The notes under the pieces were generated by a model that made no database searches, was not told the origin of the DNA, and saw only the letters and a list, made by a program, of their open reading frames with translations. A stretch of DNA of 25,123 nt, from positions 1 to 25,123 of the IMG/VR virus record IMGVR_UViG_3300044637_000106, one strand, 5' to 3'. The position numbers and the translations under genes were made by a program. The stretch is from a virus. Its lineage: Duplodnaviria > Caudoviricetes. This document shows positions 19,054 to 25,123 of the stretch, one piece after another; positions within the stretch are counted from its first letter, which is position 1, and every line of letters begins with the position of its first letter.

Positions 19054-19838
19054 TGTTCCTTAATGCAGTTGCTTCGGCAAGAAGAAGGTACCCAGTCATC
19101 ACTAACGGGCTGAAGTTGTATCTGGATGCGTATAACCTCGACAGCTATTCGGGAAGCGGGAGCGTGTGGTATGACATCTCAAATAGTGCCTATAACTTTA
19201 ACGTGGTAGGCGCTACATGGGCGGTTAGTGGTGGTCGAAGATATTTTGAATTAGACGGAGTGAATGATTACATATGGGGTAATTCAGATACAACATTATT
19301 TGATATTACAACTTCAGGTTGGACATGGAGCATGTGGATGTATCATGTAACAGCCCCACAAGGTCTTGACGTACTTGTTAACGCTACATATAGTGGTTAC
19401 TCTCCATATAATTTTGACCATAGAAACAATACAGGCAATACAGTAACTGGTAATGGTTGGGCAAGTATTATAGGGGCATCAGTGACTCCATATTGGGACA
19501 GAAGAACGGTTTATGCCCAAACAATTACAACAGGAACGTGGAGACACATTACCTTTACATTTACTTACACAAGTGACACTGCATGCACGCTTAGAATATA
19601 TATAAATGGAACACAAGTAGTTACTCAAAACCATACTTTAACAGCTGGGCAAAGCTGGACACAGGCAAATAACACATCAACTCGACCAATTTTAGGGGCA
19701 TTTTATTTTGTTGGTTCTGCTACATTTGGTCGATTTAATAACATTAGAGTAGGCGAGTTGTTGAACTATAATCGCACACTATCTGCCACAGAAATAAGCG
19801 ACAACTATAACTCAACCAAATCAAATTACGGATTATGA
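19050..19838 (+). CDS. LamG/concanavalin A-like lectin domain virion protein
   Basis: [53 protein letters not shown] coupling. Confidence 0.85.
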
Positions 19839-20056
19839 ACTACTGGTATCATATCTATAACATTAACGAATTAAACAATGTAAACTGGCTACAATTTAAA
19901 CAGTTTATTAAATGGAACTTAACAGCAACGGAATTTTGTTTAGAGTATATAGAAGAGCCAGTTGATAAGACTGGTGTGTTAACCCGTGACGAGGCCGCTG
20001 AGTTGACTAAGACAGACGAGTGGCAGAATAACGACCCTAATCTTGGCCAAGTCTAA
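19835..20056 (+). CDS. Small hypothetical protein (possible fibre chaperone)
   Basis: 73 aa, ATGA-coupled to the LamG gene. Confidence 0.65.
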   Translation: MNYWYHIYNINELNNVNWLQFKQFIKWNLTATEFCLEYIEEPVDKTGVLTRDEAAELTKTDEWQNNDPNLGQV

Positions 20057-20061
20057 ATAAC

Positions 20062-20349
20062 ATGGAAAATAAAATATCCTCAATCCTAAAGAAGAACGGT
20101 TTGTCTGGGGTTAACAAACCCAAGGCTACCCCGTCTCACCCAACAAAGTCTCACGTAGTGCTGGCTAAGGAGGGTGGTAAAACAAAACTGATTCGATTCG
20201 GTCAGCAAGGCGTGTCTGGATCCCCGAAGAAACAAGGGGAGTCAGATGCGTATAGAAGCCGAAGAGAACGGTTTAAAGCACGCCATGCTAGCAACATAGC
20301 AAAGGGCAAGATGAGTGCTGCGTACTGGGCCAATAGGGTAAAATGGTGA
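20062..20349 (+). CDS. Small very basic conserved viral protein
   Basis: 95 aa, KLIRFGQQG...RR.RFKARH...KMSAAYWA..VKW motif. Confidence 0.75.
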   Translation: MENKISSILKKNGLSGVNKPKATPSHPTKSHVVLAKEGGKTKLIRFGQQGVSGSPKKQGESDAYRSRRERFKARHASNIAKGKMSAAYWANRVKW

Positions 20350-20363
20350 TGAATCAGTTTTAC

Positions 20364-20371
20364 TATTTTTG
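20364..20371 (+). promoter_or_regulatory. Bacteroidota -7 element (TATTTTTG)
   Basis: TAnnTTTG match 7 nt before ATG 20379. Confidence 0.5.
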
Positions 20372-20378
20372 TAAAACA

Positions 20379-20585
20379 ATGGACATTAGCATCTACCAAA
20401 TTATTGTTCTCGCTGCTGGGGTAGTGGGGGTATATGTAAAGCTCAACATAGAGATCAGCAAACTGTCTCTTCGTTTGGATATTCACGAGAAGCAAACTGT
20501 TCAATTACAGAACAGTATAGACAAATTACTGAAAGACGTTCAGGAGATCAAACTGCTTTTGGCAAGAAAGCAGATAGATGAATAA
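20379..20585 (+). CDS. Single-TM plus coiled-coil small protein (holin/spanin-like)
   Basis: MDISIYQIIVLAAGVVGVYVKL TM segment followed by a leucine heptad coil. Probable ATG at 20379. Confidence 0.65.
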   Translation: MDISIYQIIVLAAGVVGVYVKLNIEISKLSLRLDIHEKQTVQLQNSIDKLLKDVQEIKLLLARKQIDE

Positions 20586-20589
20586 TTTT

Positions 20590-20597
20590 TATATTTG
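20590..20597 (+). promoter_or_regulatory. Bacteroidota -7 element (TATATTTG) heading the capsid operon
   Basis: Exact TAnnTTTG match, intergenic. Confidence 0.65.
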
Positions 20598-20616
20598 CTG
20601 AAAATCCTACATAGTT

Positions 20617-21021
20617 ATGCCAACCACAAACGCAACAATCACTCTCTCTAGCGCGGATCTTACGAACGATGTCCTTGCGCTGACGCAAACGACTCAGCTC
20701 AACAAGGCTGGAACGGTGACTGGTCTTGACCAGACCACTGGCGTTGGCCGCAAGCTCACAGCAGCCACGGCTCAATACACCCTTGCTGTTGCAAGCGGAT
20801 TTGCCGATGACGGCGCTCATAAGGTTTACCTGAAGAACACCTCGTCTAACGCAGCAGAATACTTCCTCGTCACCATCAATACGCAGAACGTAGGCAAGTT
20901 GTACGCTAGCGACTGGGCATTCTTCCCATGGGGCGCTGTTGATGCTGCGACTGCTGACATCAAGATCACCCCTAGCTCACCAAACATGACCCTGGAATAT
21001 ATGGTCATCTTCCAATCGTAA
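20617..21021 (+). CDS. Beta-rich structural protein, paralog A
   Basis: 134 aa, T/A-rich, similar to the next gene. Confidence 0.7.
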   Translation: MPTTNATITLSSADLTNDVLALTQTTQLNKAGTVTGLDQTTGVGRKLTAATAQYTLAVASGFADDGAHKVYLKNTSSNAAEYFLVTINTQNVGKLYASDWAFFPWGAVDAATADIKITPSSPNMTLEYMVIFQS

Positions 21022-21027
21022 TCTATA

Positions 21028-21432
21028 ATGGCTACACTAAACGCATCGATCACAATTCAAAGTCCAGACGTTCTTTCTAGCACGTTGGGCATTGCGGTTG
21101 GTGTGTCTGCCACTATAGACTCTGGAAGTCTGATCAAGTCTAAAGTCGCTGCCACATCTACCTCTGGCGCTATTACTATCTACAAGGCTAATGACAAGTT
21201 GGATGCGGCTTACGTATTCATCAGAAACCTTGGCAACGAAAGAGAGAAATACGCTTTTGTGTTTTCTGATTCGGCAACGGACGACACTGTATTCTTGAAG
21301 ATTGCTGGCGGGGAGTTTGCCTTCATGCCAGTCAAGAATGATGTTACGCTGAAGGCATACGTTACTGAAGTGGATCAGATTGTAGAATACGGTGTGTTTG
21401 GATTGGATAGTTCATCAGTAACCTTAGCGTAA
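21028..21432 (+). CDS. Beta-rich structural protein, paralog B
   Basis: 134 aa, shares motif spacing with 20617-21021. Confidence 0.7.
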   Translation: MATLNASITIQSPDVLSSTLGIAVGVSATIDSGSLIKSKVAATSTSGAITIYKANDKLDAAYVFIRNLGNEREKYAFVFSDSATDDTVFLKIAGGEFAFMPVKNDVTLKAYVTEVDQIVEYGVFGLDSSSVTLA

Positions 21433-21439
21433 AGAAATC

Positions 21440-21775
21440 ATGCATCCATACGATCAAAATAGAAGTGCTAAGTCAATCTTAGTAGTTGCGGGAACTACAG
21501 CTACGGCTCCATCTGGAAGTTCATTCTACAAAATACAATCTGTAGGTGGAACTACAGCACTGACATTTACTGGTCTTGTTCCTTCAGCTGGAGCTATTTG
21601 TATCGGTACTACTGGACCTGGAAACTTGGGGGTATATGGAACTGCAACTGGAATCACTGGAGCAACAGCTGTTTCGACTACTAATGTGTCAATTCCAGCT
21701 TCGGCTGGCCCAATCTATGGCAACTGGTCTCAGGTAAATATTCTTGCGGGCCAAGCCATAGCATACTTCGGTTAA
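21440..21775 (+). CDS. Small G/T/A-rich probable structural protein
   Basis: 111 aa, beta-rich composition, located in the capsid operon. Confidence 0.65.
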   Translation: MHPYDQNRSAKSILVVAGTTATAPSGSSFYKIQSVGGTTALTFTGLVPSAGAICIGTTGPGNLGVYGTATGITGATAVSTTNVSIPASAGPIYGNWSQVNILAGQAIAYFG

Positions 21776-21791
21776 TTTAATTCACCCATAA

Positions 21792-22850
21792 ATGGAAACT
21801 TTTGAGATTGTAAACTCTGCTGAAGAGCTGATCGCTAGCATGGAAAAAGAGGGGGTTGCCCCTATTGTTGAGGATCAGGTACAGGCAGAGCCTATTGTTG
21901 ATGAGGGTCAAAGCGTTGACACTCAAGAATTTTTGACAGAAGAAACAAATCAACCGTACGTTGAAGAAACGGTAACCTCACCTAGCTTTTCTGAGGATGA
22001 AATTGAGAATGCAGTTGTAATGTACCTGAGCGAAAGGCTGGGTACGCAACTTGAATCTCTTGACGACATCTTTCAGGCACAGCAAACAGGGGTTGACGAA
22101 AGGATCGAAGCAATCGCTCGATTTGTTCAGGAAACGGGTAGAGCGCCAGAAGACTGGTTCAGATATCAGTCCCTCAATCCATCCGAAATGGATGATTTGA
22201 CGGCTGTGAGAGTCCAGATGGCTGCGGAATACCCTAACTTGTCTTATGACGAGATCAACACGTTGGTCTCTCACAAGTACAAGCTGAACCCTGAGATTTA
22301 CGACGAGGGTGATGTTCGTTTGTCCACGCTTCAATTGAAGATTGATGGTCAGAAGGCAAAGGAATCTATTGACGGTATTCGCCGTCAGTACGAAGCCCCT
22401 GAACACCAACAGGCAGCCTACGAGCCAGAGAGCTTTGTTGACGATCAGTGGATCGCGAATATGTATCACGAAGTAGACACGTTTGAAGGAGTTGAATTTG
22501 ACCTTGGGAACGGAAAGGCGTTCAAGTACGGGGTCGATGACAACTACAGAAACTATCTCAAGCAAAAGGGCGAACGTTTAGAGAACTATTTCGATACGTA
22601 CATTAGAAATGATGGGTCTTGGGACTATGATCTCTTGTCTTCCCACATGGCTGTAGTCGATAACATCGATGCAATCGTGAAGTCTGCTTATCAGCAGGGT
22701 CTTGGGGACGGACAAAGAAACATAGTGAACAAGGCTGCAAATGTTTCCGCTTCGGCCCCTCAGCAGCGAGTAAACACTGATTCTGACCCTATTATTGATC
22801 AGATATCTAAACTTATGGGGGTAAATAACACACTAACTTTTAAACTCTAA
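21792..22850 (+). CDS. Acidic scaffold-like head assembly protein
   Basis: 352 aa, very D/E-rich and helical, immediately upstream of the MCP as in crAss-like head modules. Confidence 0.65.
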   Translation: METFEIVNSAEELIASMEKEGVAPIVEDQVQAEPIVDEGQSVDTQEFLTEETNQPYVEETVTSPSFSEDEIENAVVMYLSERLGTQLESLDDIFQAQQTGVDERIEAIARFVQETGRAPEDWFRYQSLNPSEMDDLTAVRVQMAAEYPNLSYDEINTLVSHKYKLNPEIYDEGDVRLSTLQLKIDGQKAKESIDGIRRQYEAPEHQQAAYEPESFVDDQWIANMYHEVDTFEGVEFDLGNGKAFKYGVDDNYRNYLKQKGERLENYFDTYIRNDGSWDYDLLSSHMAVVDNIDAIVKSAYQQGLGDGQRNIVNKAANVSASAPQQRVNTDSDPIIDQISKLMGVNNTLTFKL

Positions 22851-22857
22851 CTAAAAA

Positions 22858-24252
22858 ATGGCACTTTCTGAAACTCAATTGGCCAGTACTAAAAACGGTG
22901 GAAACGTAATCACCGCTGGCTCGGTAAAAGCAACTCCTGACAAGTATACCGCCCTTGGCGAATTTTTGTCTGTAAACGACATTAACAAACCACAGGTACG
23001 CGAACTGTTCGTTAAGACGTTCGGCGATCAAGGCATCACTGGATTTCTGACCCTTACGGGCGCTACGAAGAACGCTGGTCAGGCTGACCAGATTGAATGG
23101 TTCGAAGAAAAGCGCAGACACAGAAAGGCAAGAAACTCTGGCGCAATTGGATTTACGTCTGGCGCAGGTCAGGGTGTATTTACTGGTGGTAGCGGAGCTT
23201 ATGTCCCCCAGCAATATGACGTGTTGATGAACACCAGTGACGGAGCTAGATATTTGGTTACTGGATTGTCTAGCGGATATAATGCTGCTGGTGGTACTGC
23301 TACCCTCACCGCAATCGGCGATGCTGCATATACTACAGACCCAGCGGCAAATTCTGAGTTTGCAATTCTTGGCAATATGTACCCACAGGGTTCTAACCAA
23401 CCCACTTACTATGTTGAGCCTGGGTATACGCGTAGAAAGAACCCGTTCATGATTGTGAAGGAGAAGTACGAGGTTACTGGCTCTCAAGCAACGAACATCG
23501 GTTACGTGAACACTGGTAATGGTGATTACAGATGGTTCATGTATGGCGAGTCTGAAGCCCGTGCAAGATTCATGGACAAGCGTGAATTGATGTTGTTGTT
23601 CGCAAAGCAAGCAGACGATCTTGTTTCTGCGACTGACGGTCTTGCTGGCTCTGAGGGTTACATCTCCGCAATTGAAGATAGAGGCAACGTCTACTCTGGA
23701 TCTTTTGAGGGTTTTTCTGACATCGATTTGATTATCGCTGAACTTGACAAGCAAGGCGCTCCTGCTGAGTACGCTATGTACCTCAACAGAACCTTCGAAC
23801 TCAATATCGACGATATGCTTGCACAAGGTATCGCTACGCAGGTTACGGCTGGCCTTCCTGGACAGTTTGGAGCCTTCAACAACAGCGCAGACCTTGCTGT
23901 ACAGCTTGGCTTCAAATCATTCACGAGAGGCGGTTACACCTTCCACAAGCACAGCTGGAAGCTCCTGAACGACCCCACGTTGCTTGCTGGTTCTAAGTAC
24001 GCAGGTGTGATGATCCCCATGAGCCAAGTCGCTGACGCTCGTACGGGCGTGAAGTCCCCTGCTCTTGAGATGAACTACAAAGCATCCAACGGCTACAGCA
24101 GAGAGCTTGAGCATTGGGTGACTGGTGGTGGTGTTCTTGGTTACACGAACAATGGTTCTGACGGTAAGGACGTTGCTACGTTCCACTACCGTTCGGAAGT
24201 GAACCTGATCACTCGTGCTGCCAACCAACACTTTGTGCTGAAGACTGCGTAA
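22858..24252 (+). CDS. Major capsid protein (crAss-like, HK97 fold inferred)
   Basis: 464 aa; motifs EW.E..R.H, LGFKSF.RGGYTFHK, F.Y.SE..L....AN. Follows the scaffold-like gene and is followed by a strong hairpin. Confidence 0.88.
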   Translation: MALSETQLASTKNGGNVITAGSVKATPDKYTALGEFLSVNDINKPQVRELFVKTFGDQGITGFLTLTGATKNAGQADQIEWFEEKRRHRKARNSGAIGFTSGAGQGVFTGGSGAYVPQQYDVLMNTSDGARYLVTGLSSGYNAAGGTATLTAIGDAAYTTDPAANSEFAILGNMYPQGSNQPTYYVEPGYTRRKNPFMIVKEKYEVTGSQATNIGYVNTGNGDYRWFMYGESEARARFMDKRELMLLFAKQADDLVSATDGLAGSEGYISAIEDRGNVYSGSFEGFSDIDLIIAELDKQGAPAEYAMYLNRTFELNIDDMLAQGIATQVTAGLPGQFGAFNNSADLAVQLGFKSFTRGGYTFHKHSWKLLNDPTLLAGSKYAGVMIPMSQVADARTGVKSPALEMNYKASNGYSRELEHWVTGGGVLGYTNNGSDGKDVATFHYRSEVNLITRAANQHFVLKTA

Positions 24253-24267
24253 AATAAACTGAGGAAA

Positions 24268-24291
24268 GGGGAGGGGCTTCGGCCCTTCCCT
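24268..24291 (+). terminator. cUUCGg hairpin without a U-tract (weak terminator or mRNA stabiliser)
   Basis: GGGGAGGGGC-TTCG-GCCCTTCCCT followed by CTACTCTC. Confidence 0.55.
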
Positions 24292-24313
24292 CTACTCTCA
24301 AAACAAAGAAATC

Positions 24314-24649
24314 ATGCCAAAAGCAAATATTTTCCCTATTTTTTTTGACGCAGAGCCTGTAGCTCTTTCTGCTGATCAAACATCTTATAATGCCGCTTCA
24401 AGCCATATCAGACTTGGAACTGGTGTTGATGTTACATTGAATGATGCTGTTAGTGTTGGCACGTGTATTAACTTTTTCTGTACAGACTCAACAGCTGATG
24501 CAACCGTCACGTTTGTGACCCCTGCTGGAGGCACATCCAAAAAGAAATTGACTTTTGCTGCTGCTTATGATGCCGCAACCGTTATTTGGACTGCAAATGG
24601 ATGGAGAGTAGTTAACATGACGGCTACAACCTCTATTGGAACGGTTTAA
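24314..24649 (+). CDS. Probable auxiliary capsid/decoration protein
   Basis: 111 aa beta-rich protein directly after the MCP. Confidence 0.6.
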   Translation: MPKANIFPIFFDAEPVALSADQTSYNAASSHIRLGTGVDVTLNDAVSVGTCINFFCTDSTADATVTFVTPAGGTSKKKLTFAAAYDAATVIWTANGWRVVNMTATTSIGTV

Positions 24650-24672
24650 TTGTTTGGAACCATAAAATGGAT

Positions 24673-24695
24673 AAGGGGCTTCGGCCCCTTTTCTT
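24673..24695 (+). terminator. Intrinsic terminator
   Basis: AAGGGGC-TTCG-GCCCCTT followed by TTCTT. Confidence 0.85.
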
Positions 24696-24702
24696 ATATT
24701 TG
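24695..24702 (+). promoter_or_regulatory. Bacteroidota -7 element (TATATTTG)
   Basis: Exact match 3 nt before ATG 24706. Confidence 0.6.
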
Positions 24703-24705
24703 TAT

Positions 24706-25123
24706 ATGCCTAAATACTTTCTGTTCAACAAAGAACAAGTCGGCCCTAGCAGCACAAACACGTCTGACACTGGGGTGGGCATCAGCGTTATATCTGTCTC
24801 TGCTGATCACGTGTCATTCATAACCGCCACCAGCGGTGCTGTAAACATCGTATTCAACAACGCAGGGGTGTTTGATCACGTAGACCTTGGGGAAGGGGAG
24901 TCGCTGCGTAAGACCAGCATAACCATATCATGCAACGTAGGGGAGGAGTCTAAGCTGGTTGAGCAGATCACGAACTTTATCTCAAGCCCAAACACTAACC
25001 AAACGGTGATGAAGTTTGACTTCGTGAACAACACGACTAGCTTCTTGAGTGCAGATGTCTCTAGCCCAAAGAGCATCTCTGCAAAGGTTCACAATGCCCC
25101 AGAAGACCTGAAGGAGAAGTACA
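24706..25123 (+). CDS. Hypothetical protein, partial (MPKYFLFNKEQVGPSS...), runs off the window
   Basis: Manual translation is open from ATG 24706 to the window end. Not in the ORF track because it has no stop codon. Confidence 0.75.
   Translation, partial: MPKYFLFNKEQVGPSSTNTSDTGVGISVISVSADHVSFITATSGAVNIVFNNAGVFDHVDLGEGESLRKTSITISCNVGEESKLVEQITNFISSPNTNQTVMKFDFVNNTTSFLSADVSSPKSISAKVHNAPEDLKEKY

Noticed and set aside
22840-23826. 328-aa minus-strand ORF (also 12075-12854, 21978-22565 and similar)
   Set aside because: Antisense shadows of the MCP, portal and scaffold-like genes; no recognisable motifs.

Overview
A 25 kb segment of a tailed dsDNA phage genome, most likely crAss-like (Crassvirales-related) and infecting a Bacteroidota host. 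The host call rests on recurring TAnnTTTG promoter elements, A-rich translation starts without Shine-Dalgarno motifs, and crAss-type TerL/portal/MCP. Gene order: small basic proteins and a zincin-like protein, an M15 peptidase endolysin, one antisense winged-helix-like gene, a tandem GroES-like protein, a methyltransferase + 3 glycosyltransferase cassette (GT2-TPR, GT17, GT2), an HNH-like ORF, a holin-like ORF, a cluster of 7 tRNA/tRNA-like genes (including Ile-UAU, an aberrant AAU tRNA, a UCA-anticodon tRNA and a 103-nt tRNA-like RNA), thyX, a small lipoprotein, terminase and portal. About 7.5 kb of structural genes (two Gly-X-Thr collagen-like fibres, a LamG lectin, paralogous beta-rich proteins) then separate the portal from the scaffold-like gene and the major capsid protein. 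Best candidate for a new system: a phage-encoded pathway that glycosylates Thr-rich collagen capsid fibres, alongside an unusual set of tRNAs. All protein calls come from motif recognition by eye; no database searches were run.
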